Translations under genes and position numbers: made by a program
The notes under the pieces: generated by a model
What the model was told of the DNA's origin: nothing
What the model saw: the letters and a program-made list of their open reading frames with translations, nothing else
Databases searched by the model: none
NCBI GenBank assembly: GCA_013239625.1
Contig: MU057354.1
Location: forward strand, 28,239,880-28,303,879
Direction: 5' to 3'
Length of the DNA stretch: 64,000 bases
DNA from: Lama guanicoe
Taxonomy: Eukaryota
Shown: piece by piece, positions 49,551 through 63,692 of the stretch
Layout of the letters: each line of letters opens with the position of its first letter
Numbering within the stretch: the stretch's first letter is position 1

Positions 49551-52279
49551 GATACAGTGTGATTCTAACTCTCATAGAGACACTAGGTAGATAGCAAAGG
49601 AAAATGGACTACTTTCAGGGATAATCATGGTTGTGCTCACAGAAGAATGGACTCAGACCAACTGGAAGGAGAGACCATCAGCGTTAATAAGGCCAATTGT
49701 ATTTAACATTTCATATCAGAGATAATGGTAGCCTGAATCCGAGTAATAGCCATGGGATAAGTTAGGGACTTCAAGAGACAGTGAACAAAGTATCTACACA
49801 ATGTGGCTACTGGCTGAATAGGTGAAGTGAGGGGGCAAGGAGAATTGAAGGTAACAAGATATTGGCTTCAGCCTCCAGGAGGATGAGTGTCTTTTAAAAG
49901 CACAAAGGCACAGAGCACTATGAGGTTTGGATTGTATAAGGGGACACTGGGACATTTGTCAGCAGATAGCAGGACCACGGCAGTAGCCTGGAGCTTGAGG
50001 GCAAGAATGCATGACTGATAGGATAGTGGCAAGATCAAGGCAGGGATGAAGGCAGGAGACCAAGTCCAAGACTCACATTTAAGGAATGAGAAAACTGAAA
50101 CAGGGAGGGACCTAGTCTGGGAGCGTGAATTAGGACACAAGGTCAGAGAAGAACCTGAGGTGACCTCCATCTATCTTCCAGGGCATTAAATTAGAGCTTT
50201 CCAAATCTCTCTTGCCAAAAGCCAAGATTTATCCTAGAGACCAGGGAGTCCTCATCATATTATGGGAGTTCAACTAAGGGAGAAAGAAGGATGGAGAGTC
50301 CAGAAAATATGAGAAGTCTACCTCCCTACAATTCTGGAGAGGAATTGAGGACTTTAAGAGAAAGATGTTTCTTCATATTTTGATGCTCCAACATGGGGGG
50401 GGGTTCCAAGTAAAAATGGAAAGTGAGAAGCAAAATTACCAATCACATCTTTTAAAATAACTACTTTGCAGTGTGCAGAGGTCATCAATGAAGGAAATAT
50501 AGGAAAGGGGTCAGAAGATATTCAGATGTAACTATACTAAGGCACAGAGATTTGGTAAGTTGAATTTAGGCCTCTCAGCTTAAGAAGAAATATAGTAACT
50601 CACGTATATCACCAAGACATAGCAACAAATATATAGCTATGGAAAAGTACAGCTTGCTCAAAATACGCATAGTTTTTTTTACTTTATTTGGTTTGATTTG
50701 GTTTGGTTTAGTTTTCAGAAGGGATATGAAAGATGTTCTCTGTTAAGAAGGCACATGTCTCTGTATAGTGTCAAGAATTTCTGTGTGGAAACTAAGCCTT
50801 TGCCTAATGATACCACAGAGAGGATATGAAGAGGAGAAGGAACTTCTGGGAGAACCAAGGACATAATTTGCTTAGTTAAAAGTCATTTCTGGGCTCAGGT
50901 CTGGTCAAGAGGCTGCACTGAGCAGACAGAGGTGAGGTATGGCCTTACTTTTGGGCCTCGAGTAAGCCTGTAGGAATTCTGATGGTATGAAATCATGTTG
51001 TCAATAAGAGTGCATCTCCAGGCTTTCTAACGGCCCCACTGCTCAATAAAGCGTAAGGAACATTTAACAACAGACTGGTTACAACCGGGCTTTTTCAGCC
51101 TAAATATTGAGAACACAGATTCAGAGTAAGAGATATCAGTAGCCCTAAACCACAAAAGCACGTCTGCAATTTATCTGATGCAACATTATAGTGGACAATG
51201 GTTTCAACCACAAATCAAAGCTCTGTGCAGCACTGGTGCTGTGTGGTGAGGCTCACCACTTGGTATCGATCCTCTGAGCCACAGCCGCACACAGATGATA
51301 ATTCCCATCAGTCATGCCTACAAAGATCGGACCACAGCATTTCTCTTCCACATGTCACCATGCAGCAAGACAACGTCTCTTAGGATAATTCCACATTTGT
51401 AGCTCTGTAACTCAGCCATAAACTATTTTGAGGTAACTAATAATTGTAAAGTCACATTTTAAAATGGGGACTGATGTGTTATCTACTTATCAATGTTATT
51501 AGCAGTTTTGCAATCACAATAGTTATTTGAAAATAAGAGTATCATTTAAAAAATATTCTATAATTCTGAAAGAGCATTTCCCAAATGAGTCACATTATGG
51601 AAGTGTGTGTATGTGTGTCTGTAGCACTGTTAAATTTTTTGGAATAAATTAATCAAAGATAAAACATCACTGAAACAATTTAAAAGCTTTAAGCAAACAA
51701 CATGAACTTGCCACTAACATTAAAAAAAACATGAATTATGCTTTTTTTTTAAAAAAAAACTAGAGATATATTTCTCTAGTGTTTTAGGAAGTGTGTTTAA
51801 ATTACCCAGATTCCAACTGTCTCATATACACAAGGAAACAGAAATCCTTTATTTCTTGGTTTCCCACTGCACCAACACTGCCTACACAGAGTAAAGGATC
51901 AACAAACATGTATTTGTTGATGAATGAAAATAGCTATGGAAAAAGAACACTCACTGCTAGATTATCATCTACATGCTGTTGAAAATAAAGATTTAGCAAC
52001 CATCAAGCAAACAAAAACTTCACAAGATTATCACAAGTCTCCATTCGTGAAAGATATCCGTGTCTTTCATCTAAATGGTGATACAGCTATGAATCATTTA
52101 AAAAAAAAAACACCAAGAAACAAAAAAAACAAATGCAAAACCTCTGTGTGTACATCCAGGTTCTCTTGTAAAGTGTTTTCCTGGAAAGTCTTGGAAAAAA
52201 GCACTAAGGATAATATAACCTCTGAACAAGTGATACTTTTTCCAACAAAAACAAACCAATCAAATACGTTTCTCTCTTC

Positions 52280-53510
52280 TGCTGTCAGTTTTGGCTACTT
52301 AACCACATTCCTTTCCTTTCCTTAAGTGCCAACTGTTTTTAAATGAGTAGGATAAATTGACTTGCCTCTACTTTTCCACTGTCTTCTTATCTCTTAACCC
52401 CTTGCAGTCTGGATTCTGCCATTGCTCCTCTACCGATTCCGCCGTCTCAAAGTTCTGCTTTCCAAATCTATTGACATTTCCTCTGTCTTCTTACTCTAGG
52501 AAGGTTATGATCCTAGAAACAAGTTTCCTTCTGCTTGTGGACTCCAGGCCATTGGCCCACCTCTGTCGTCCTTCTTTCTCTGTCTTCTCCAGCCTCTATC
52601 TTCTAGACCCCGACAATCACCATGAGAATTACTGACAAATAATGATGGTTGTCATTACAGTAATGACTGACACAAATTACTTACCACCAGCCAGGGGCCT
52701 TTTATCTTCATATCAACCCAGTGAGGCAGGTGCTATTGTCATGGGCATGATGAATCTGAGACATGATGAGGTTAATTCACTTGTCCATGTTGATACCATC
52801 TGTAACTGGCCAAGGAGGACTGTAACCCACAGAGTTTGGCCCTGTAACTACCTGTAAACCTGGTCTGGATTATCATTTCCAGCACCTTTCCTGACCCTCT
52901 CATCCAAGTCCTCTTCATTTCTCATCTCTACATTTCTATTAGGGTAACTGTATACTTACTTTCTTTGTCATCATTTCTCATGATCTCTAATTCACTTTAT
53001 ACACTATAGTGAAGTTCATTGTCCTATGACGACTTTAATCATGTCACTCTCTTGCTTGCACCTTCAGTGACTATTTTCTTAATGAATTCAGACATTTGCC
53101 ATTTAACACGGCATGTAAGCCCCTCTTTATTCTAGCCTCCCCAAGCTTTATGTCTTTCTCCCTAATAAGCACATGGTATAGTCAAGTCATTCCCCTCAAA
53201 TCATGCCATCATTTCCTACATCCATAACTTTGTTTATTCTGTATCATTTATGTCCTACAATACCACCCTTCACCATCGTAGCTACTGGAATTCTATTTTA
53301 TTCTAATCTATCCATCACATTCCAGGGTCACGTCTCTTTCCCTTAAGCTCCAAACCTTCTTCGTAGATCCTTTATATATCACTACCATATCATTCCTTAA
53401 ACAATGGTTAGTTATTTTACCCACCATCTCAATAAAAATGGTGAGTATATCTTACTATTACAGCCCTAGAAGCATTAAGCTTAGTATTTCACAAATAATA
53501 AATTTGGAAA
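52280..53510 (+). mobile_element. L2 fragments, interrupted by a MIR
   Basis: cttaaccccttgcagtctggattctgccattgctcctctacc; aatcatgtcactctcttgctt. Confidence 0.6.
52640..52860 (-). mobile_element. MIR SINE
   Basis: caaccccagtgaggcaggtgctattg...gaggttaattcacttgtccatg. Confidence 0.7.
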
Positions 53511-53829
53511 AAAGTTATCTTTGAAATTTAGGGTAGATTTAAGGGGGGAGTTGACAAAAATTTTTATCTTCTAATCTTTATGTAACTAATAATTTAATGA
53601 AGCCCTTCTTTTCTTTGGCACAGTGCTATAAACCCATTAAGGGAATTAACTATGTGTCTTTGTATGGTGAGGAAAAGATGGTTTTACCAAATACTTTCCT
53701 AATTGAAGCATTCAGTTATTTCACACACTATTTTGGGATATTAAGTGTAAAGCAGCATCATAAAAATTTTACTAGGAATTCGTGTTGGAAATTATCTCCC
53801 AAAATCCATTCTGCTGTTTCTTTTTAGCA

Positions 53830-54170
53830 AAAGTAGCCTAGTATATTAGGCCAACTGAACTGCCACCCTTCTAGAACTCAACAAGTCCCAGTCATTCTTA
53901 CAGCTAAGTAGGGTCTGTAACTAAGTCTTGGCCGATGAGATGAAATCAGAATAATAATTGTGTAATAGTTCTATGAAATCTCCTTAAAAGTTTGGGGCAC
54001 CTGTCTTCTCCCTTCTTTCCCCTACATCTACTGCTTGGAATGCAGATGAAATGGGATATGGTAGCCATCTTTGATAATGAGAACTAAACTCCCACCTTGG
54101 AATAATGAATCAGAAAACTAAAGGGAACATGAGTCCCTGAAGGCTCTAGAATAGTCATACTAGCCCTGTT
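53830..54170 (+). mobile_element. MLT1J-type MaLR LTR fragment
   Basis: gtaactaagtcttggccgatgagatg; ctgcttggaatgcagatg...gtagccatctttga. Confidence 0.7.
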
Positions 54171-56229
54171 TGGGATAAAAGGAAACAAGATGCCTACAAG
54201 TGAGAAGACTTGCCTAAAACTGCACCCTACTAAACGATAGAGCTAGGCCAGCACCCAGTGAGGCTCACCCAGAGTGAGCGAGCAGTCTTAGCCACCAAGC
54301 TATGTGATCTTCACAAGTTCTAGCTGACATTTATTTTATATTGCATGTAATATTCTAATTGATTAGCTAAAATGATCATAAAAATTAATCTTTTCAGAAT
54401 ATTAGTATTTTTATTAAGATAGAATGGAGACACATCTGGAGTCAGAAAAAGCATTCTTAAAGTCACCTGAAGAAGAAAATAAAAGCACTAAAATTTGGGC
54501 CTGGTTGAGCTGCTATGATAAAGTCATACTCTTGGTTCAAATAATGATTTGTAATTCTTCAAGAAATCTGAATATTAAGGAAATGCTTTTTAAGAGCACA
54601 AGATACTGATTTTTCACCTCTTGTCTATTTATAAATAAGATGATAATGAACATTCCAAGATATAACTTTGTGTTGATTATTTTGAATCTGATTATCTGTT
54701 AATGCATATCTGCAAAACACTATATATATATGAAATTAACACAAAGAAAGACTTTCCATTTATCTTGAAGTTATTTGCAAAAGAGAAACAGGACAACCAG
54801 CGAGGTTTCTTTTTTTCTTTCTTTTTTTTTTTTACATTAATGAGATTTTCAAGTAAGATAAAATAGTAGCCCAGTAGAGATTACCATCACATTCTTAACA
54901 GTATTCTCATGTTCAGCCCATATTTTCAACTATATTTGGCTTACTTGTACTCATCAGAATTCATCTCTACAAGAAATAGAAGATAACTTCAAAGTCCTTT
55001 CACGTATTAGATGTCATCATGTCTTATTCATTACAAATTACCTTTCAATTTAGTAGCACTTAAACAGAAAAATTTGGAGCCTCTTAAACTCATTTTCTCA
55101 GGGGAAAAAAAAGTCCTTTCTTTGAAAACGGAAGTATCACATTTTTAAATTTTTCAAGAATATGGCTGTGATAAAGCAGGGGGCTTTTATTCAGACGTAA
55201 TAACTAAGGCTCACCTGTATTCATTGTATCAAACTCTTTTTTAATGTAATTCTACCTATAGAAGCTGAAAATGCTCTTGCAAAACTTGTTGTCATTACAA
55301 CAAATTCCCCTAAGAAATGATGCAGGTCTGCATGTGAAGGAAGTATTCACATGATTTAACAGAAAGATACTTCTTCAGCCACCCACTACAATCCCACTTT
55401 TCAGCTTGTCTATTCTTTGTTTATATTTTTAAACATTTAACAAAATTTCCACCCTACGTAGCTCTTTAATAAACATGCTAAAAGTAGCAGTCATTTTCAT
55501 CTTTCTTCTGCCAGTTGCGACTTACAGTGAGTAAGAAAGAGGGGTACTAAAACTTGTCCATCTTTATACGTTGTTCGGAAGTATTTTCCTTGGTCACTTA
55601 TCCTTGATTTGGTTTGAAGAAGATCCTTCAAACATCCTCTAATAGATTTCTCTACAACAGAAACATCAGATAACTCTGTGCAAGGAGAATTTATAAGAAG
55701 GTAAGAATTTATTGTTTAACAAAAATGAGAATATAAAAAGTGAAAAAAATTAAAACAATAATTTTAAATAGCAAAGCATACTTGATTTTGCCTTTTAAAA
55801 AAAACACAAAAACTAAAAACCACTGCCAAAAACAAAACTTTCTGCTATCTCACTTTTTTTAAATCTTAGAATAAACTCGTAAACAGGAATAAAATTCTAA
55901 TAAACCTCAAAATGTAAATTATGTATGATACGTTCCAATTTGAGGGAAAAAAGTAAGAAAAGGGCATTATGAAAAGATTTGGTGTGTAGCATTCATATGC
56001 TATGTGTCATATTATTTTCTTCATTTTCTTCTTAAATAAGACCCTATCATTTATTCTGTTATTTGGGGTCTTTCTCATTGCAGCTGTAAGCCACCTCTCC
56101 AGTTCCTTCCTCCACTTCTGTGAAGAATTTAATATAAGAGTATGATAACCTAGATGTACCCTTTTGTCTTACCAAGTTAAACTTCTTGTTGCTCCCTGAA
56201 GAAAGTCTTAACCACCCAATGTGTTCCTT

Positions 56230-58340
56230 CAGCCCTCATCAACAATTTCAGCCAGTATACAATAAGGCAAGGAAAGGAATAAGGGCATTTAGATCACAAA
56301 GGAGGAAGTAAAGCTGTCCTTATTTGTAGATGATGTAATAGTCTACATAGAAAATCCCTAGGACATTCTAAAAACACTCCTAGGATTAATGAGTAAGTTC
56401 AGCAAAGTCATAGAATACAAGATAAACATGAAAAAATAAATTATATTTCTATACAAAGGCAGTAAACTTGTAGAAGCCAAATTAAGAATACCAAATGAAC
56501 CACACACACACACACACAAATATTTAGATGTATATCCAATAAAACTTGTACAGGACTTGTATCCCCAAAACTGCAAAATGCTAGTTAAAGGTATTCAAAA
56601 ACATCTCAAAATAACTAGAGAGAGATACAACAGTGATGGGTTGGGAGTCTCAAAATAGCAAAGATGTTAATTGTCCCCAAGTTTATATATAGGTTTAATG
56701 CAATTTCTATAAAAATCTCAATGAAATTTTCTATAGACATAGACAAGATTATTCTATAATTTAAATAGAAAGCAAAGGAACTAGAATAGTTGAAAATAAT
56801 TTTGAAAAATGAGAATAAATTTGGAGGAATTACTCTACCCAATTTTAAGACTTATGCTACAGCTCCAGTAAGCAAGGTCATGCAGTATTGGCAGAGCAAT
56901 GGACCCACAAGTAAATGGAATAGATGAGTAAGGCCAGCTGACTTTTTACAAAAGTGCAAATACAACTTAATGGAAGAAGAGTAAACTTTTCTACAAACAT
57001 TCTAGAATAATTGAACCTCTATAGGCAAAAAAGATGTGACTCTCCCAACTTTTACAAAAACTAACTTGAAAACAAATCATAGATTTTAGTATAAAACACA
57101 AAAATCTACAACTTTCAGAAAATAGCATAGAAGAAAATCTTCAGGACCCAGGACTTGGTGAAGAGTTCTTAGACATCATTTGAAAAGCATTATCTATTAA
57201 AAACAATCTACAAATTGAACTTAATAACAATTAAATACTTCAGCTTTACTAAGAAACTGTTAAAAGGATGAAAAGACATGCTATAGACTGGGAGAAAATA
57301 TTTGTAAATCACACATCTGACAAAAGACTCACATTTACAATACATAACTAATTCACCGAACTCAACATTAAAAAAACAAACAATTCCATTTAAAAAGTGA
57401 CAAAAAACCTGAAAAGACACTTCCCTGAAAAGGAAATACTGATGACAAATAAGCACATGACAAGATGTTCAATATCACTAGCCATTAGGGAAATGCAAAG
57501 TAAGGCGATGGTAAGATATCATTATACACCTATCAGAACAACGTAAGTAGAAAATAGTAATACCAAATGCGGCCAAGGATGGGCAGACGCTGGATCTTTC
57601 ATACACCGCCAGTAGGAATGTAAAATGGTACAGTCTCTCCAAAGACATTTTGGTTTTGGCAGTTTCTTAAAGTACTAAACATACACCTACCATACATCTG
57701 AACAATTTGCACTCCTGAACATTAATCTCGGACAAACAAAACTAATGTTCTCAAGAAAGCCTATACAATTGTCCAGAGCAGCCCTGTGTGTCATAGGCTA
57801 AAATGGAAACAACAAAAAAGACCCTCAGTGGTGAAACAAACTATGATGCCTTCATGCTGTGGAACACTCTGCAGAAATGAAAAGGAATAAGCTATTGATA
57901 CACACAATGAGTTGGGTGGATCTCAAGGGCATTATGCTGAATGAGAAATGCCGGTCTCCTACTGTAAGATTTTATTTACAAAACATTTGGAAATGACACA
58001 AGAATAAATATAGAGAACGAATTAGTGGTTGCCAGGGTTGGGGGTGGTAGGAGATGGCAGGGTGGAGGTTGTGACTAACAGGAAGAAGTACCACAAGGGA
58101 GAGCTTTGTGGTGAGAGCATGGCTCTGTATTCAGTGGTGGTTACACCAAACTACTCAAGTGGTAAAGGACTTAGAACTATAATCACACGTTGTGCCAATA
58201 TCAATTCTCGGTTTTGACATTGTACTATAATCAGGTAAGGTGTAACAATTAGGGAAAACTGGGTACACAGGACCTCTCCATACTACCTTACAACTGCCTG
58301 TGGATCTATATTTCAAAATTAAAAGTTTAATTAAAAAATA
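56230..58340 (+). mobile_element. L1MC/L1MD-type element, ORF2 3' half plus 3' UTR (about 2.1 kb)
   Basis: caataaggcaaggaaaggaataagggc (IRQEKEIKG); ctgtccttatttgtagatgatg (SLFADD); 3'UTR tgtgccaatatcaattctcggttttgacattgtacta...aattaaaagttt. Internal (CA)n near 56500-56518. Confidence 0.9.
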
Positions 58341-60194
58341 GGAGTGCTAGAATGGATTGCTGAGAATTTAACACGCATATTGAATTGAAAAGGTGTCAGC
58401 AGCCTTTGTAGCCCCATGCCCAAAGAGCAGTAAGACATGGTGGTGAATTTCAATCACTAGCAGACAATAAAGATAAATAAAGGGGGGAGGGTGTCTTCTG
58501 CAATACTGGTGAACTTCTGGAACAGCATAACCCTCTTCCAAGTCAGAAAATACAACATTACATCCTCATTTCTACAGGCCACACATTTTCAATCTGATTT
58601 CTATCCAATAAAATAACGTGGTTTCCATAAACTTCAAATCTCAACTCATAATAGACTGGAAAATACTTAGGTAATATGGTAAATTAATACACCTGTGCTC
58701 AGAAAACTTACTATGACAGGTCTGCGAGACTGTATAGGTTATTCTCACATCCTTCAGCTCCCTTGCACTGAGGCAAGATGCAATGAGTATTAGATACACC
58801 GAGTATTAGATATACTACTGGGACTCAAACGCAGTGCCTTCTGTCCATCTGCTTTCCTGCTCACAGCCCTGCATCCCTAGAAGTACAAACTAAGGCAGAT
58901 CCTATCACTGATCAGCATTTTCTCTGCTTCCTTCCCCATTCCTTCAGTCCTTTGTATTATTTGTTTACCTCTGTGCCTCCCTCCTCAATGCTCAGCTTTT
59001 TTGAAAGAAGTTCTCTAAATTATTCCTATGACTCTTTCTCTGCATGAGTTTTATGTAGTATACGAATCTAATGCACGTTAGTAAAAGAAACTACATTAGC
59101 ATAATTACAGGAGAATTAAAGTGGCACAGTTACGTATTGGCAATTCCATGTGTTCTGTAATGTTGTTAGCACCATATCAGAAAATACAATGTTGATTTCT
59201 TCATTTTAACCATATTGCACCAAAAGGAACACATTTAAAGAAACCTGAAAACACTGAGCTAGAAGATAGTCTCTCTGGGAGTGAGCCAGTGAGGTGTTGA
59301 GATATTCACTCAATATTTCACAGTGTTAACATTTAACAATGTCAAAGTAACATTCAATGTTTGTTTAGTCAACAGATAATTGCTGAATATATTCTGTATG
59401 CACGGCTCTCTGCCAGGTTCTGGAGAAACAAGGGTGGGTGTCCAGGAGACATGGTCTCAGTCATCACAGAATCAGTCCAATGGAAATGGGATTTATTTTT
59501 GTAAATTAGTGGGAGCCTAGTCTGCACTTCATAAGCACAGAACAAATATATTTAGAAGTGGCACAGTCTGGGGTCCCAGGATTGTGAAGCAGTTTTCAAT
59601 GGGCATCTTCCTTCAAAGCTTCACTGTTGGCTTGAGATGGGGCAGAGAAAAGTGAGCCAAAACCCTTGGTCTGGAGCAATACTGAATCTCTCTAACCACG
59701 AGCAAGTCTGTTCTGCTCAGAATAGCTCAAGCTCTTTCTCATTAGGTTATTCGGGAAAAATGAATTGTAGCTAACGTGTCAAAAGGAAAAAAAAAAACTT
59801 TTCTTCATAAATTCTCAGGAATGAGTTTGCACTACAAACGGTATTATAAATAACAATGGTAGGCCAGTAAATTCTGTATTACTACATTTCGTAAGCTTGT
59901 GAACTAAAGTAAGACTTTTCTAAACAGAATATTGTTATATAGCCATATCTCCTGGTTTACAGAGCAAGAAGAATCTCTTTATTTTTCTTGAACTTAAAAA
60001 AAAACAACCAACCAGACAAATGCACCAATAGAAAGTACAGGCTGCTGAATAATCCAGTGGATGGAACCAACTAAGTGACTTTCTACAAAATAAAGGATTT
60101 GACAAAGCGAGTTTGGAAAGTAAACAGGAGTTGGTTCAGACCCTAAGTTGCTTGCATTGGAAGGAACAGATCTTAATTAGATATGCAACTTTAA

Positions 60195-60735
60195 TTTTTT
60201 AATACCTTTATTTTTAGAGCAGTTTTAGGTTCACAGTGCAGGTGAGCAGAAGGCATTGAGGTTTCCCATTACCCACTGCCCCTCACATGCACAGCCTCAC
60301 CATTATCAACACCCCCACCAGAGTGGTATACTGTTTACAACTGATGAATCTATATTGACACATCATTATCACAAAGTCTATAGTTTACATTAGGGTCCAC
60401 TCTTGGAGTTGTATATTCTGTGGGTTTGGGCAAATGTATGACATGTATCCACCATTACAGAATCATACAGAGTAGCTTCATTGCCCTGAAAATTCTTTGT
60501 ACCCCACCTATTTATCTCTCCCTGCCCCTAATCCCTGATAACCACTGATACTTTTTACTGTCCCTATAATTTTGCCTCTTCCAGAATGTTATATAGTTGG
60601 AATCATAGAGCAGGTAGTCTTTTGAAGCGGACATCTTTCAGGTAGTAACATGCATTTACGTTTTCTCCATGTCATTTTATGGCTAGATAGTTCACTTCTT
60701 CTTAGTGCTGAGTGACATTCCACTGTCTGGATCAC
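60195..60735 (-). mobile_element. L1MC1/2-type 3' end
   Basis: ttagagcagttttaggttcacag; cccaccagagtggtatactgtttacaactgatgaatctatattgacacatcattatcac. Confidence 0.88.
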
Positions 60736-61164
60736 TCCATCTTTACCTTTTGAGGTGCTTCATCTTTGAGATTTCTTATATTTTAATCTAGAGTCCATTC
60801 CGATAAATTCCTTCTGAATTCCTTTTCAAAATGCTCTTTTGAGATAAATAAAATTTTTTGAGATTTAAATCTTTGGCACCACAATTGTTTTATAGAGCCT
60901 CTCAGCTGCATTTAGGAAATTGTCTAGGTGGGTTCCTTGAAATATTCAAACATATTAAGCACTAAGATAGCTTTGTAACTTCAAGTTGGTACTTCCCAAA
61001 ACTGTTAGTGTCTATTACCTCCCCTCAATTCACTTAAATATCTCCAAAGGGTATACTCTTACAGCCCATAAGTTAATTAATTTCATCCTATGAGGCTGGA
61101 AAATAGCAGCATTAAGAGACAAAGGAAAAGATAAGAGATTTGAATGTGTTCTTAATGCAATATA

Positions 61165-61880
61165 TTCAAATAGATATTTCACCAAAGAAGGTCTAGGAAG
61201 GGTGAATTACAAACGCTTAACATCATTAATCGTTAGAGAAATATACATTTAAACCACAAAGAGAGACCACTGTAGACACATTAGAATGGCTAGAATGAAA
61301 AAGACTGATCATACTAGGTGTTGGAAAGCAATGTGGTGAAACTGGAATCATCATATACCTTGTTGGTGGGAATGTAAAATGGTACAGTCACTTTGGAAAA
61401 TATTTTGATATTTTCTTAAAAAGTTACACGTATACCTACCGTATGACCCAGTAATTCCACCGCTAGGCATTTACCCACAACAAGTGAAAATGTATATCCA
61501 CACGAAGACTTGCATGCAAATATTTAGAGCAGCATTGTTCATAAAAACCAAAAAATGGAAATAACCCAAATGTCTATAAAGTGGTGAATGGATAAACAAA
61601 TTGAGTGTACACAGAAATACTACTCAGCAATAAAAACGAACTACTGACACATAGAACGGCATGGATCAACCTGAAAAACATTTTGTCAGTGAAAGAAGTT
61701 AGACATAAGAGCCTACGTATTGCATGATTCTATCTAAATAAAATTTCTAATGAAAGCAAATCTATAGAAGTGGCAGATCAGTGATTGCCCAAGGCTTGGG
61801 ATGACAGTAAGGGCTGACTATTAATGGGCACAAAAAATGTTTTTAGGTGGGTGGAAATGTTTTAGATCTGGATTCTGCTT
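61165..61880 (+). mobile_element. L1MB/L1ME-type 3' fragment
   Basis: ggtgggaatgtaaaatggtacagtcactttggaaa; tatgacccagtaattccacc; agatcagtgattgcc. Confidence 0.85.
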
Positions 61881-62143
61881 TGTTCAGACAAGTGGGAAGG
61901 GATTGTTGGGTGTAGAGATTACATACAGACTGAAAGCGTTCAAAACTTTGGATGGGCTATCCCGAGGCTCCAGCCTTTATTGTGGTGTTTGGGACTATTT
62001 TCAAAATATTCTCAAGGGCTGCTTTCTGAAGAAACCAATTTCTGACCCTGTCGTGGGTCAAATTATTCACATCATCATGTTTTTTGCAAGCAACACACCT
62101 CATGGTCTAAATAAGGGTTACTCAGTAAGATCCCCAATTACTA

Positions 62144-62932
62144 TGTGAGGGGGTGTGTGTGTGTCTTTTGTGGGGTGTGGCTTCTCCACACAGGCAACAA
62201 TTCTTCGAAACCAGCTGGGCGTCCTACAATTCAGCTCAGTTCTGACGCTGCCCACCCGGGGCAGGGCGTCAGAGCCCACGGGTTCCAGCCCAGCCCCACA
62301 GGGCTGCCCTCTGCCTCAGGCGCCAACCACAAGTCCTGGCTGTGACTTGTGTTCCTGACTGAAGAACTATGAATTAGAGGTTCCCATGACCTCCTCCTTG
62401 AGTTTGATTAGTTTGTTAGGATGGCTCAGAACTCAGAGGAGCATTTTACTTCCTCCCCTGCAGGTTTATTATAAAAGGCTGTAACTCTGGAACAGCCAGA
62501 TGGACGCGTAGGGAAAGGTATGTGGAAATAGTATGCGAGTTCCACACACGCCGCTCTCCTCAAACCTCCACGTGTTTGCCAACCCAGAAGCTCTCTGAAC
62601 CTAGTGCTTTTGGGGTTTTATGCAGGTTCATTACCTAGGCGGGAATGATTAAATCTTTGTCCATTGCTGATTGAATTCAATCTCCAGCCCCTCTCCCCTC
62701 ATCAGAAGTCGCTGGGGTAGGACTGAAGATTCCAACCCTCCAATCACATGGCTGGTTCCACTGGCAACCAGACCCCCTTCTTAGATGCTACACCAAAGTC
62801 ATTTCTTTAATATAACAAAAGACACCTTGATCACTCTCATCACTTAGAAAATGCTGAGTTTTAGGACCTCTGGTGCCAGAAATGGGGACAAAGACCAAAT
62901 ATATATTTCTTATTATAAATCACAATATCCCA
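62144..62932 (-). mobile_element. MER21-family LTR
   Basis: TG..CA ends; accagctgggcgtcctacaattcagctcagttctgac; gaggttcccatgacctcctccttg; ggggacaaagaccaaatatatatttctt. Confidence 0.8.
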
Positions 62933-63150
62933 CTCAAGCTCAGCATTATGGATATATTGGGCTGGGTAACGTGCTATGTGGGGGCTATTCTATGCAATGC
63001 AGGATGCATTGCAGTATTCGTGGTCTCTACCCAGGAAACACCCACAGCACTCCTGCCCCAGTTAGGCAACCAAAAAAAACCCCAAAAAACAAAAAACAGA
63101 AACTGACGAATTACCCCAGGAACAAAACTGCCCACAGTTGAGAACTAACA
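62933..63150. mobile_element. MER20 (hAT-Charlie)
   Basis: ctcaagctcagcattatggatatattgggctgggtaac...ctgcccacagttgagaac. Confidence 0.75.
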
Positions 63151-63692
63151 GTCTAAATGATCAGTCCAAACTCTTTTAGAGTAGTCAAAAGATTGCATAA
63201 GAAACTTTGAAAAAGTGTAATATCTCACTATCAAACTGTCCAGATAAACTATAAATTTGTCAATACGTAGAAAATGCAAAGTGAGCGTCTTGGAAAGTGA
63301 CAAGTGAAGACGTTTGCAAAAGGGAAAGTATCATTACTCCTGTTTTCTTGCATCAGCAAACTCCAGCATCAAGAACAGTGAATAAGGAAAACGAATTTGC
63401 TCTAAACATTCAAACTACATAAAAAGAGACTGGTTTTTACTACATGGCTGACCCCCCAAAACAAATTGTCTTCATTATGAAATATTAGCAACATGTCAAA
63501 AGACAAAATCCAAAATTTATACCCAAATTTTATCACCATATTTGACTACAAAGCCCCACCACATACAGAGATTGTCATTTAATTAAACCATCAAAGTGCA
63601 AAGAGACATACTGTGCTTACTTTTGGTGAGCAGTGTTAGTTGACAGACATTAAAATTCTCCTCAGTAAACTGAATTAACACTCTGTACTAGC

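Noticed and set aside
58785-58812. GAGTATTAGATA direct repeat with 16-bp period
   Set aside because: Ordinary small slippage duplication.
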